IMG/VR virus record: IMGVR_UViG_3300048855_000181
Span: 1-63,718 of that record
Reading direction: 5' to 3' (one strand)
Length of the DNA: 63,718 nt
DNA from: a virus
Lineage: Duplodnaviria; Caudoviricetes
Shown: piece by piece, positions 54,721 to 63,718 of the stretch
Layout of the letters: the number at the start of each line of letters is the position of its first letter
How positions within the stretch are numbered: the first letter of the stretch is position 1
Made by a program: the position numbers and the translations under genes
The notes under the pieces: model-generated
Told to the model about the DNA's origin: nothing
Database searches by the model: none
The model's input: only the letters and a program-made list of their open reading frames with translations

Positions 54721-55099
54721 GAAGACTTATCGATCACTTCTACCAGCCCTGTGTTTAATCGCTTCAATCTTGCCTGCCCGTGCGCAGGATGCAGACCATA
54801 TCATCATTGCTACGCACATTGACGCCGCTCTACGCGCGATCGAGCGTGGTGGATCTTGGGCCGCTGGATGGGGATGCACGCTGGCATGGATGCCCGGTAC
54901 TTCAGCCAAAGATTTGGAGGTAGCGCTTGAGAGTGTAAGAGCCAGCATTTGGGCAAACGAGGTCGCCACGCGATGTACCGGAGGACCGTGCCCCTCGCCT
55001 GAACGAGATTTAATCCAGCAGGGTTTAGACGCAGAGTTCAATCAATGTGTGTCGACGGAACAACTCAATGAGAACCTCAAACGTCGGCGCTCTCAGTGA
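54710..55099 (+). CDS. exported hypothetical protein
   Basis: Signal peptide ...ILPARA-Q; four Cys in the mature part. Confidence 0.65.
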   Translation: MMFEKTYRSLLPALCLIASILPARAQDADHIIIATHIDAALRAIERGGSWAAGWGCTLAWMPGTSAKDLEVALESVRASIWANEVATRCTGGPCPSPERDLIQQGLDAEFNQCVSTEQLNENLKRRRSQ

Positions 55100-55644
55100 T
55101 CGATGTCCCACGGTACGGTGACTGACTCATAGTCTCTCTATTATGATGGTCCTTCACACACCGAAGGGCATCCATTCCTGCAGCTATCCCGTAGCCACCA
55201 AGCATCCATAGAACCGATATACCCAAAGCTAATTTTGATTTCGCAGATCCTACTGCGCTTCACACCGGCATACCGAATGAGCTGGTCAGGCTTCGGCTTG
55301 TCCGATACGTGCATTTCCCGTGACTTTGGGAAATGGTGATAAGGCTGCTTTGGTTATCTCCTTCGCTGCAAACGAATTTCTGAAGCGGGCCATCAACCCC
55401 GTCTGGTTCTGTCCAGTCAGCCTGAGACTGGAATCGCTAGGAGTTCATGCGCCAGATGATTGGTGCTGCGGGTCAGCTCCGAAAAAGACCGCCGCCTCCA
55501 CGCTCTGACCACCCTATCTTGGCGGGAACCTCCGAGCGGACCCAAGATATTGCGGTTTTTGCGTCGGGTAACAGCTTTTTATGGTTGTGATTTGTCGCAT
55601 AAATTGCTACAAATGACTTCGAAAAGCCTGTTACTTTTGTTACC

Positions 55645-55680
55645 CGCCCCCGTTGGATCATCCCTCGGGGGCTTCTTTTT
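55645..55680 (+). terminator. intrinsic terminator
   Basis: GCCCCCG/CGGGGGC plus TTCTTTTT. Confidence 0.75.
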
Positions 55681-55709
55681 GCTACAATTTGAGTTTCTTG
55701 TCAAAACTT

Positions 55710-55762
55710 TTGCTCAATAAATGTTACATCGGTGTTGACAGTGTAGCATTCTCTGTTACATT
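55710..55762 (+). promoter_or_regulatory. PL/OL-like promoter-operator of the early operon
   Basis: TTGACA 55735-55740; TGTAGCA-N5-TGTTACA 55742-55760; degenerate copy 55710-55728; another at 55593-55611. Confidence 0.75.
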
Positions 55763-55786
55763 TATCCCAACACAAGGGATAAACCG

Positions 55787-56161
55787 ATGGCGCATAAACG
55801 AGTATCCAGAGAAGAGCGTGTTCGGCGCGGCCTCTCTCTCTCCTTCCCAGATTGTTTCTGCGGTAAAGGACAACCGAAAAAACCGCTCGCAATTGGCATC
55901 TACAAAGAGATCCGGAACCAACTACCGGAGATCAAAGCCCGCGAGCTTTTCCAGGCACTAAGCGATTACACGGGCGGTCCGCTCTATCTGAAGTCACTCG
56001 TTGCCGGCGCAAAGCGCTTCAATCTCGACGGAGGTCCTGCAGGTTTTGTTTCAGAAGCCCAGGCCGCAACGGCAATCGAACACCTCAAAATCCACAACAA
56101 GAAAAACCGGAAAGCTTCGCAGCGCCCAGCTCGCGAACAGAACGAGCAGGTATTGGCATGA
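55787..56161 (+). CDS. ProQ/FinO family RNA-binding protein
   Basis: FP..F....KKPLAIGI...ALSDYT....YL..L..GA.RFNLDG.P.G.V. Confidence 0.88.
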   Translation: MAHKRVSREERVRRGLSLSFPDCFCGKGQPKKPLAIGIYKEIRNQLPEIKARELFQALSDYTGGPLYLKSLVAGAKRFNLDGGPAGFVSEAQAATAIEHLKIHNKKNRKASQRPAREQNEQVLA

Positions 56162-56547
56162 CCAAATTCAGAAAAGGTGACGTTGTCTCGATCGAGGTAA
56201 CTGTCGCGTCCGACTACATCCACAATGACACGACCAAGGTGATGGCTGGCGGCTACAATGATTTTTTCATTGAGTGCGCAGGCATGACAATGGTTCGACC
56301 TGTCCTGAAAAACGGCGACATGGTTTGGAACCGCCAGCTCCAGCATTTTGGGACGATCCTGTCTATCCATGGCGAGCTGCTATGGGTCGAAGCGGACAGT
56401 GGTACCTTCCCTACCTGGCTCATCGGCGATGTCGATCGTGTCGACAACTCTGCACCTTCGGATGTCATCCCTGGAACCGCTGCGACGAGCATCATTGTCG
56501 ATGAAACAATGCAGCCACCTTCGTTCCCGGGTGCTCCGAATGAGTGA
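56158..56547 (+). CDS. hypothetical protein
   Basis: ATGA coupling. Confidence 0.7.
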   Translation: MTKFRKGDVVSIEVTVASDYIHNDTTKVMAGGYNDFFIECAGMTMVRPVLKNGDMVWNRQLQHFGTILSIHGELLWVEADSGTFPTWLIGDVDRVDNSAPSDVIPGTAATSIIVDETMQPPSFPGAPNE

Positions 56548-56722
56548 AGACGCTGACACCGCGGACGAGCTCAAAGCTCAACTCGAAGATGCCATGGCGC
56601 GGAGATACTGCGCTGACATGATCGAGGAACCCTTTCGGCGTTGCAGAGAACTCGACAGATGGGACCGGCAGGTCGCCTTCCTCAGAGGAAAAGTCGCCGA
56701 ATTGGAGCAGGCCCATGAATAG
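56540..56722 (+). CDS. hypothetical protein
   Basis: Coupled ORF MSEDADTADELKAQ... Confidence 0.6.
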   Translation: MSEDADTADELKAQLEDAMARRYCADMIEEPFRRCRELDRWDRQVAFLRGKVAELEQAHE

Positions 56723-56870
56723 GCCGCTCTACCGCCCATCCCAAGACGAACTTCTCAAAGCAATCGAAATTCTCCTCGCATCCGACATTCCCACTGAAGC
56801 GCGTCGCTTCATCCGCCAGATGGAACAGGAGATGTCCAAGAAGCGAGGTGAAAGTGGATCGCATCACTGA
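56715..56870 (+). CDS. hypothetical protein (51 aa)
   Basis: GGAG RBS; MNRPLYRPSQDELLKAIEILL. Confidence 0.55.
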   Translation: MNRPLYRPSQDELLKAIEILLASDIPTEARRFIRQMEQEMSKKRGESGSHH

Positions 56871-57033
56871 AATCGCGTTCGCCATATACGCGGAATTCTC
56901 CCGAGAAAGAGATCCAGCCCGCGCCCGGCGCCGCTTCGACAAACTACCAGAACACGTCCTCAATCAATTCAAACGCGAAGCCAAGGCCGCCGATCGTGTG
57001 TCCGAAGCATTTCGTATCGGAGACTACACATGA
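56848..57033 (+). CDS. hypothetical protein
   Basis: Coupled ORF. Confidence 0.6.
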   Translation: MKVDRITEIAFAIYAEFSRERDPARARRRFDKLPEHVLNQFKREAKAADRVSEAFRIGDYT

Positions 57034-58109
57034 CCGACACTTTTGAGCCGCTTGGTAACCTGGCATCAAAAATCGTGGATCGCTGGGATTGGTGGCGGCG
57101 AGCGCTTACTGATCTCTCAAAGGTCGGTAGCAAGGAATTGCCGGTCCATGAATCCCACCCACAACAGGGTTACTACAGGTCGAAAGCCTATAAGGATGGC
57201 CCTCTCCTTCCCGTTGCAATCTGGTTCACCGAAGAAGGTGATCTGGTTGCGTATCGGAACGGCAAAGAAATCGATCCCCACGATATCTGGACCTATTGTT
57301 GCCGCGCGCCGGTAACGGTCGAAGAGTATGACGCCGTTATGGCCGGCGGGAACTGGAGCGATGAACCGCCGATAGCCAAGATCGGTGATAACAGTGGATC
57401 GGATGATCCCTTCGAAGCGCTGAATATTGAATTCGAAGGCGAAAAAGAGACCGCTGAAGAGTTTCTGAAAAAGCCGGTCAAGACCCAGACCGATGCTGAC
57501 AAGGTCGGGATCTGGGCAAAGCGCCTTTCATCCATCAAATCTCGCGCCGAAGATCTGCATCGTGTTGAGAAGCAACCAAACCTTCTTGAAGGCCGCCGCA
57601 TCGACGACAAGTGGCGTGGACTGAAAACCGATCCAGACGCCCTTGCAAAAAAGCTGAAACAACACACCCAACCGTTTCTCACAGCGAAGAAACGAGAGGA
57701 AGAAGACCGGGCGCGCAAAGAGGCAGAGAAAGCAGCCGAGCTTCGCCGCAAAGCCGCTGAGGATGCCAAGAAGGCCGAGGACGAGGCGCGCGAGCAGCTA
57801 GAAAAAACCGGAGAAGTCGACCTCGAAAAGGCAGCCGCCGCGGAAGCCCAGAAGCTGGAAACCATCAGACAGGCACAACAAGCCGAAGCATCTGCCAAAG
57901 TCAAAAACGCTTCGGCGGGCCGCACCGGTTCGAAGATTTCAGTTCGCACCGAAATGCGGGCACGCATCGTTGATTACGACAAAGCTCACATGGCTCTCAA
58001 AGGCCACAAGGAAATGAAGGAGCTGGTCGCGACATTGGCGCAACGTGCCGTGAAGGCTGGCGTTGATGTCGACGGTGTCGAAGCCGAACCCTTCGAGACG
58101 GTGGTGTGA
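57030..58109 (+). CDS. conserved phage protein with coiled coil (recombination module, possibly Gam-like)
   Basis: PQ.GYYR...PVAIW, IGDN, K.P.L..GR.ID.KW; upstream of bet. Confidence 0.7.
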   Translation: MTDTFEPLGNLASKIVDRWDWWRRALTDLSKVGSKELPVHESHPQQGYYRSKAYKDGPLLPVAIWFTEEGDLVAYRNGKEIDPHDIWTYCCRAPVTVEEYDAVMAGGNWSDEPPIAKIGDNSGSDDPFEALNIEFEGEKETAEEFLKKPVKTQTDADKVGIWAKRLSSIKSRAEDLHRVEKQPNLLEGRRIDDKWRGLKTDPDALAKKLKQHTQPFLTAKKREEEDRARKEAEKAAELRRKAAEDAKKAEDEAREQLEKTGEVDLEKAAAAEAQKLETIRQAQQAEASAKVKNASAGRTGSKISVRTEMRARIVDYDKAHMALKGHKEMKELVATLAQRAVKAGVDVDGVEAEPFETVV

Positions 58110-58110
58110 G

Positions 58111-58314
58111 ATGACCGCTCGTACCATCGCCGCTGTCCGCTTCGCCGGATCAGATCGCGCCTACGACTTCATTGCGCCTTTCGAGGTCAAGGTCGGTCAA
58201 CTCGTAATCGTCAACACCAACAGAGGTGAAGCCACCGTCGAAGTTGTCGAGATCAAGGCTCATTCCGATCGCGCGACGGCTGAGATCAAACGGATCGCGG
58301 AGGTGGAGTTCTGA
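58111..58314 (+). CDS. hypothetical protein
   Basis: V.F......YDF.....VKVG..V.V....G. Confidence 0.65.
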   Translation: MTARTIAAVRFAGSDRAYDFIAPFEVKVGQLVIVNTNRGEATVEVVEIKAHSDRATAEIKRIAEVEF

Positions 58315-58502
58315 TGCTCACGCGCCTCGCCACCCGCATCACCATCATTCTTGTCGCCCCTCCCGTAGTGGTCTGGACGTTTTTCGCCGAGCTCACATGG
58401 GAACTCGGTTGGTCTGTTCTCCTAGCATGGGAAGCCACCGCTGATGAGATCGAAGCCGTCCGCCAGGCCTGGAAAGCCATCAATGAAGATATGGAGATCT
58501 GA
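58314..58502 (+). CDS. small membrane protein
   Basis: TGATG coupling. Confidence 0.55.
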   Translation: MLTRLATRITIILVAPPVVVWTFFAELTWELGWSVLLAWEATADEIEAVRQAWKAINEDMEI

Positions 58503-58505
58503 ACC

Positions 58506-59552
58506 ATGAATGCCGTAACAAACATTCAGCCGTCGCGCATGCCCATCCCGGCGGCCGTCGCCAAAGAGTTTGAAATTCAACCCGCCGATTGGCGCGTTCT
58601 CGTGGAGCAGATCTTTCCTACTGCTAAATCTATTGAGGCCGTGATGATGGCACTTGCGTATTGTCGCAAGCGTAATCTCGATATCTTCAAGAAGCCCGTC
58701 CACATCGTTCCTATGTGGTCCAGCGCTAAGAAGGCGATGGTCGAGACTGTCTGGCCTGGCATTGCTGAGATCCGCACTACGGCTACGAGAACAAAGCAAT
58801 ATGCTGGTATCGACGCTGTTGAATTTGGCCCGATGGTTGATCGCACCTTTACAGGTCAAACCGGTGGTCAGAAAAGCGAGACCATCTCAAAGAAGGTTCG
58901 TTATCCGGAGTGGGCCAGTGTTGTCGTCTATCGGATTGTTGCTGGCCAGCGATGTGCCTACCACGCGAAGGTCTTCTGGGAGGAAACCTATGCGACAATG
59001 GGCAAATCCGATGTTCCCAACGATATGTGGGCGAAACGATCACGCGGACAACTGGATAAATGTGTCGAAGCCGCGGCACTGCGTAAAGCCTTCCCAGAAG
59101 AACTTGGGAATGTATATGCCGCCGAGGAAATGGAAGGTCGTTCTCTCGTGGATAGCGGAGACACGATCGAGCACGTTGTCACGGCGAAAGCGGCCCCGAC
59201 ACCCCCGAGGCCACCAGCGCTTTCGAAGCCAAGCATTGATCCAGAGCAGAATAACCACGTCGAAGACCATGCTCAGGAGGACGAGGTAGAAGATCAAGCG
59301 TCAGGCACGACTATCGATCATGAGACGGGAGAAGTAACCGACCAAGACGACGGCGAAAAATCCATAGCCGATATGGATAACACCGAGTTCTTTCAGGCAT
59401 TGGAAGCGCGCCTCGGTAAGGCGGAAGATCCGGCATCGGTCGAGGAAATCTGGACTGAGTTTGATGCCCTGTCCCGGTTTGAGGGCGATGAGGACAGCCA
59501 AGGCATTGCCACTGCCATCAAACGCCTCCGTCTGAAGACCATCGGAGTATAG
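58506..59552 (+). CDS. bet: single-strand annealing recombinase Bet/RecT family
   Basis: YC..RNLD.FKKPVHIV, MW.KR...QL.KC.EA.ALRKAFPEE. Confidence 0.9.
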   Translation: MNAVTNIQPSRMPIPAAVAKEFEIQPADWRVLVEQIFPTAKSIEAVMMALAYCRKRNLDIFKKPVHIVPMWSSAKKAMVETVWPGIAEIRTTATRTKQYAGIDAVEFGPMVDRTFTGQTGGQKSETISKKVRYPEWASVVVYRIVAGQRCAYHAKVFWEETYATMGKSDVPNDMWAKRSRGQLDKCVEAAALRKAFPEELGNVYAAEEMEGRSLVDSGDTIEHVVTAKAAPTPPRPPALSKPSIDPEQNNHVEDHAQEDEVEDQASGTTIDHETGEVTDQDDGEKSIADMDNTEFFQALEARLGKAEDPASVEEIWTEFDALSRFEGDEDSQGIATAIKRLRLKTIGV

Positions 59553-59556
59553 TCCA

Positions 59557-60381
59557 TTGGCTAAGTCTGACAAACCTCATCTCAGGATGCGCGTTGAGCA
59601 AGGCGGGTTGCGGCCCGCCACCGCCTACGATCAGGAAGTTATCAACTCCTATCGGATCGGTTCAATCGTGTCCTGCAGATTTGTTCCAGAGGGACAAACA
59701 TGGCGGCATCGCAAGTTTTTCGCGATCGTTCGACAGGTCATCAAGAGCTGTCCGACGCCATGGAAGACCATCGATCAGGCCGTTGAAGCCATCAAACTTG
59801 CGCTGGGGTATGTGAACCTCGGCAAAACCATTTCGGGTAATTTCATGCAGTACCCGCGCAGCATCACGGAGATGGACGAGCCCGAGTTCAAGGAATTCTA
59901 CGATCAGGCTCTAGTTCTACTCGAAAAGATCACGGGTGTTGATCCTCTCACACTGCAAGTCGAGTCGGCGGATGTCGGCACAGATGAAGTTAATGAATCG
60001 CCGGATGGTGACGCCATCACGTCCGGTGACAAGGGCGGCGCCGTGGACCTCCATCCTCCCAGCGGTGCCGCCCTTTCTCAATCAGACACCAACGACAATC
60101 GGCAGCTGACCGACGCTGATTGGATTTGGGTCCGACAGGCAGCGAAGCAGCTATGGGCCGCCAGTATGCCGGATGGAGATCCGACTGTCGTCAAGATGAC
60201 CGCGAAGAGCGTCGGCACCACCATGCCCGCGGACGCGCCGAAGCTGGCCAAGGAAAAGGCCAGGACAATCACCGGGCTCTGTTTCGATGTCTGTGAAAAC
60301 AAGACGACGGTCGAGCTCGCAAGAAAGCAGATCGCCGGAATAGCCGGCACGGAAGAAACCGAACTTGGAGGAATTCAGTGA
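59557..60381 (+). CDS. hypothetical protein, DUF1367-like N-terminus
   Basis: HRKFFA, K...G, P.SI..MDE.EF..FY. Confidence 0.65.
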   Translation: MAKSDKPHLRMRVEQGGLRPATAYDQEVINSYRIGSIVSCRFVPEGQTWRHRKFFAIVRQVIKSCPTPWKTIDQAVEAIKLALGYVNLGKTISGNFMQYPRSITEMDEPEFKEFYDQALVLLEKITGVDPLTLQVESADVGTDEVNESPDGDAITSGDKGGAVDLHPPSGAALSQSDTNDNRQLTDADWIWVRQAAKQLWAASMPDGDPTVVKMTAKSVGTTMPADAPKLAKEKARTITGLCFDVCENKTTVELARKQIAGIAGTEETELGGIQ

Positions 60382-60659
60382 GCCATGTGATCCATAAATA
60401 TCAGATGCCTATTCAGGAGCATTTCACAATGCCCCTCCCCAAAGGCGCCGACATAATCCGCATGGCAGCCGAGGGCGGCATGTTCTGGCTCTGGGCGGTT
60501 GTGCGGACTGATGTTCCCGATGAGGAACGGAAATTCCACGCGTTCAAGACCGGCGGGCCAATTCCTGATTATCCCAAAATCCGATACGTCGGCTGCTGCT
60601 CCATCTTCGTGCAAATGGAACTCATGCTCTATATTTTTGAGGACATCGGCCATGAATGA
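60378..60659 (+). CDS. hypothetical protein
   Basis: GGAGG RBS; I.KY.....LP.GA....LWA.V....TG. Confidence 0.7.
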   Translation: MSHVIHKYQMPIQEHFTMPLPKGADIIRMAAEGGMFWLWAVVRTDVPDEERKFHAFKTGGPIPDYPKIRYVGCCSIFVQMELMLYIFEDIGHE

Positions 60660-61317
60660 CATCTATGGCGCTCCCCCGATTGATCTCGGCTTGTTCGACA
60701 TCGCGCCAAAGGAAATGATGTTTTGGCTGTATTGCCCGGTAAAGCTGCCTGGGCATGCACATCTAACGTTTCCTCCTAACCTTGAGCAGTTCAGAAATCT
60801 GGTAGCCAAAGTCTCGATCGACATCCTGGATCGCGAGGGCATCGATCATTTCATCGACAGCTATTTCTATCTGACTGCCAAGACGCTGTTCGTCACCGCC
60901 GACAATCCCGGCAATCGTCCCGGCTGGCATTCCGATGGCTTCATGACCGACGATCTGAATTATGTCTGGTCGGATTGCAACGGTACGCTGTTCTGGGAAC
61001 CACAGGAACGTGGCAGCTTCATACAGGATGAATGGCATTCCCTCTCCGAGATGGCCGCCGCTGCATTTGATGGGCCGGTCAAATCCTATCCTGACAAGCA
61101 CCTCTTGAGACTTGACCAATCCGTCATTCACCGCGTTGCCGATGTAACCGAGCCAAGGGTACGGACATTCGTCAAGGTCTCCGTCTCTCGGGATAAATAC
61201 AACCTCGTCGGCAACTCTGTGAATCACCAGCTTGCACCGGACTGGACCTACTTCGACCGGTCCGAAGATCGCAATGTTCCAACCGCCACAAGCAAAGAAC
61301 CGGAGGTGATCTTCTGA
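60652..61317 (+). CDS. putative 2OG-Fe(II) dioxygenase-like protein
   Basis: RPGWHSDG (HxD), VIHR, RTFVKVS. Confidence 0.55.
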   Translation: MNDIYGAPPIDLGLFDIAPKEMMFWLYCPVKLPGHAHLTFPPNLEQFRNLVAKVSIDILDREGIDHFIDSYFYLTAKTLFVTADNPGNRPGWHSDGFMTDDLNYVWSDCNGTLFWEPQERGSFIQDEWHSLSEMAAAAFDGPVKSYPDKHLLRLDQSVIHRVADVTEPRVRTFVKVSVSRDKYNLVGNSVNHQLAPDWTYFDRSEDRNVPTATSKEPEVIF

Positions 61318-61787
61318 TGGCCTACGCCAAAGACACCTCCGTATCGGTCAGCAAGTCGGAAGCCGAGATTAAGGCCGTGATCCGCAAGCATGGCGCGAAA
61401 AGCTTCGCGTCGTTCGAAACTGATCTCGCGGCCATGATCGCCTTTGAGATGAGCGGCCGGCGCGTCGTCTTCAAGTTGCCCTTGCCCGATCGCAGTTCGC
61501 GGGAGTTTACCGAGACACCATCTGGACGGTGGTCGCGGACTGACAAGCAGGCTGCAGATGCATGGGAACAGGCTTGCCGATCACGCTGGCGGGCATTGCT
61601 TCTGTCGATCAAAGCAAAGCTCGAAAGTGTCGAGGCCGGGATAGAGACCTTCGAAGATGCCTTCCTCGCGCATATTCAGATGCCAGATGGGATGTCAGTT
61701 TCAGAGCATGTCCGTCCGCGTATCGCAACTGCTTATAAGACAAATTCGATGCAGCCCCTGTTGCCTGGTCCGCGGGGTGATCAGTAA
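61317..61787 (+). CDS. conserved phage hypothetical protein
   Basis: YA..T.V...S..EI; RWRAL.L.IKAKLE.VE.GI.TFE..FLAH. Confidence 0.8.
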   Translation: MAYAKDTSVSVSKSEAEIKAVIRKHGAKSFASFETDLAAMIAFEMSGRRVVFKLPLPDRSSREFTETPSGRWSRTDKQAADAWEQACRSRWRALLLSIKAKLESVEAGIETFEDAFLAHIQMPDGMSVSEHVRPRIATAYKTNSMQPLLPGPRGDQ

Positions 61788-62173
61788 TGGCTCGCATCGT
61801 GCGACCGGACACAGCGTTCAGCTTGGACCGTTCCAGCAAGGATACGGCGAGGATGTTCGACGACAAGCACCTCGCCTTCGTCAGGACGCTACCAAGCGTG
61901 ATCAGCGGTCAATTCGGTGTTGAAGCATGCCACATCCGTTTCGGCGACGGCCGGTACAATAAGCCGACCACCGGAAAGGCACAGAAGCCAAGCGACTGCT
62001 GGGTACTTCCGCTCACGCCAGAAGAGCATAGAGACCAGCACTCCCGCAACGAAGTGCAGTGGTGGAAGAGCCATGGCATCGATCCCTGCAGGCTTGCCAA
62101 TGAGATCTATCAACTCAGCGGTGACTATGAGGAAGCCGTGCGGGCGATTGTCAAGGCGAGGATGGCGCTCTAA
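61787..62173 (+). CDS. DUF968-like (HNH-related) protein
   Basis: HLAF.R.LP, EA.HIR, KPSD.W.LPL..E.H..QH. Confidence 0.75.
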   Translation: MARIVRPDTAFSLDRSSKDTARMFDDKHLAFVRTLPSVISGQFGVEACHIRFGDGRYNKPTTGKAQKPSDCWVLPLTPEEHRDQHSRNEVQWWKSHGIDPCRLANEIYQLSGDYEEAVRAIVKARMAL

Positions 62174-62397
62174 TGGCACGCGTTTATACGGAAGCCGACG
62201 AGTTCAGTATCGAGCAATTGGAAGAAGTGCTCGATTTCCTGGCGCACGCGATCGACAAAAGTAAAGATGGCGGCGAAGGCTTCTTCCCGATTTGGAACCG
62301 CATTGAGCACGAGATCAAGCTGCGTGAAGAGAAGAGAGATATCCGTAGCGCAGTACGGGAACGAATTAGACGATCTGCGGATCAAACGGCAGCTTAA
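62173..62397 (+). CDS. hypothetical protein
   Basis: TAATG coupling; converges on the integrase. Confidence 0.65.
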   Translation: MARVYTEADEFSIEQLEEVLDFLAHAIDKSKDGGEGFFPIWNRIEHEIKLREEKRDIRSAVRERIRRSADQTAA

Positions 62398-63718
62398 TCT
62401 TTAACAGTTCATCGCGCTTCCATTTCAGTGAACCCCCAGAGCCATATTTAGGCCTATCGACGGTGTGTCCCATCAGTATCCGGCGCAACTCATCCTCTAA
62501 GCCAGCATCCTTCATCCGATCTTCGAACGAATGTCGCAGTGAATAGATTTTGTGCTTGTCGGTCGGGAACAGCTTGTTTTCATTGAAATAAGCCATAAGG
62601 GCCGCGGACATCGAATCCTCTTTGTCCTTGTAGCGCGGGAAACCCTTCGGGTGTTTCTTAAAGACCTCCAGTGCCATACCTATAAGCGGAACAGTTCTAA
62701 CGGAGGAGTCTGTCTTGATCTCCCGTGGATCATCCGGATCACTCCTTGGCTCAATCTTCAAATGCGGAATTTCGTGTTCCAGGACGATCATATCCTCCGT
62801 GAGGTTGCATAACTCGGACGGCCTGGCGCCAGTCTCTATCAATGCCAGGAGGACACCGCGGGCCTCGTCGTTCATGCCTGCAAGCGCGCCTACTGCGAGG
62901 ATCTTGGTCTTGATCCAATCCAACGAGAATGGCGGCCGGCTCCGCTTCTTCTTTTCGGAAAATGACAATCCATCGAATGGATTCTGGCGATCCGGCTCGC
63001 CCATGTGAGCGAAGTATTCCTTGAAGAGTATACGCATGTTGCCGATATCGCGATTTCCGCTAGACGCCGAATGTGTCGGCTTGCCGTTCTTCGGAGCGAT
63101 ACGATCCAACCAATGCTTATGGATCTTCTGGGCATCCTCGCGCATGATATCGCCGATAGCTTTGTCGCCGACAATCTCAACGAAATTATTCACTGCCCGC
63201 TGCTTGACCTTTTTCCAGGACCGCTTCTGGTTCGCGCTTTTGTTGACCAGCTCGCCGGGTACAATGTCCTCGAGATAAACCTTGAAGGCTTTCGTTACCT
63301 TCACAGACGGCTTTTTGGTTGTCCCGAAAAGTGATTCCGTAGCGGGCTGAAAGCTTTGTTCTGCGGCAGAAGAGTACCTGCTCATTATCTCGTGGAGTGG
63401 AGACTTTGCCAGTTCGGTGCTCGCACGATACGCGAAGCCAAGAGCTTCAGCACGCTTCACCGCGGACTCGTAGTGTTTTACCGCAGCATCCTTTTCGTTG
63501 CCGTAAAGGAGTGCGGCCCAATATTCATCGTCGGCTTGCTCATAGGAGTCGCGTTTCAATCTTGCGAGTGCAAGGTCGTCTGTCTTGAGTGAAATTCGGA
63601 CAAGTGGCGATCGCTCATCGAGCTCCATAACGTTCAAAGGGACTCGCCGCATATATTGGTAAATACCCTTGCGATCGATCAGATATCGATCTGGGTTTTT
63701 CAGACGCCGTGGTCCCAT
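62366..63718 (-). CDS. int: tyrosine integrase with DUF6538-like N-terminal domain
   Basis: TGARPSE (R), IKT..S.R (K), YSLRH, MGH, PKYG catalytic set; N-terminal Y.Y.RRVP...RISLKT.D. Confidence 0.93.
   Translation of the reverse strand: MGPRRLKNPDRYLIDRKGIYQYMRRVPLNVMELDERSPLVRISLKTDDLALARLKRDSYEQADDEYWAALLYGNEKDAAVKHYESAVKRAEALGFAYRASTELAKSPLHEIMSRYSSAAEQSFQPATESLFGTTKKPSVKVTKAFKVYLEDIVPGELVNKSANQKRSWKKVKQRAVNNFVEIVGDKAIGDIMREDAQKIHKHWLDRIAPKNGKPTHSASSGNRDIGNMRILFKEYFAHMGEPDRQNPFDGLSFSEKKKRSRPPFSLDWIKTKILAVGALAGMNDEARGVLLALIETGARPSELCNLTEDMIVLEHEIPHLKIEPRSDPDDPREIKTDSSVRTVPLIGMALEVFKKHPKGFPRYKDKEDSMSAALMAYFNENKLFPTDKHKIYSLRHSFEDRMKDAGLEDELRRILMGHTVDRPKYGSGGSLKWKRDELLKIKLPFDPQIV

Larger units (their letters stand above)
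1..63718. mobile_element. Temperate siphovirus-type prophage (HK97-like head, long non-contractile tail) with a left accessory stress island; boundaries and att sites not visible
   Basis: Complete ordered lysis-tail-head-terminase module, cI/cro switch, Bet, DnaB, tyrosine integrase at the right edge. Inclusion of 1-10 kb is inferred from repeats shared with 12.2-12.5 kb inside the late operon. Confidence 0.9.

Noticed and set aside
1-63718. attL/attR direct repeats and tRNA integration target
   Set aside because: The window ends exactly at gene boundaries; no terminal repeat or tRNA could be identified.

Overview
This window is almost entirely one temperate siphovirus-type prophage, most likely from a Rhizobiaceae host (inferred from gene content). 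Its att sites lie outside the window. Layout from left to right: (i) 0.5-10.1 kb, an accessory island of alphaproteobacterial general stress response (GSR) genes (three DUF982 copies, Crp/Fnr, Fet4-like, two DUF892 ferritin-like, NepR-like, LigD ligase domain); 13 sigma-EcfG-type promoters (GGAAC-N16/17-NNTT) can be read between 0.5 and 12.7 kb. (ii) 10.2-34.5 kb, a minus-strand late operon: lysis, tail with a -1 frameshift chaperone and a 1079-aa tape measure, HK97-type head, terminase, HNH. (iii) 35-38 kb, plus-strand morons (HEPN-like and a large secreted protein) and a candidate cos site. (iv) 38.7-45.4 kb, a plus-strand operon of leading-region-type genes (DUF932, DUF4942 methyltransferase, beta clamp). 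(v) 45.4-55.1 kb, replication, methylase and two divergent HTH switches. (vi) 55.8-62.4 kb, an early operon (ProQ/FinO, Bet and others), then a tyrosine integrase at the right edge. The most unusual signals are non-coding. Eight covarying mini-hairpins (C-AANNGU-G loop) sit 6-7 nt before the AAAGGA RBS of the leading-operon genes. A family of five small RNA-like units, four with their own EcfG-type promoter, share a GAGGCYYG...CRRGYCUC hairpin and bracket the lysis cassette together with an ~80-nt direct repeat. Two further structured non-coding regions occur at the late-operon leader and next to ProQ/FinO. All family assignments come from motif recognition by eye; no database searches were run.
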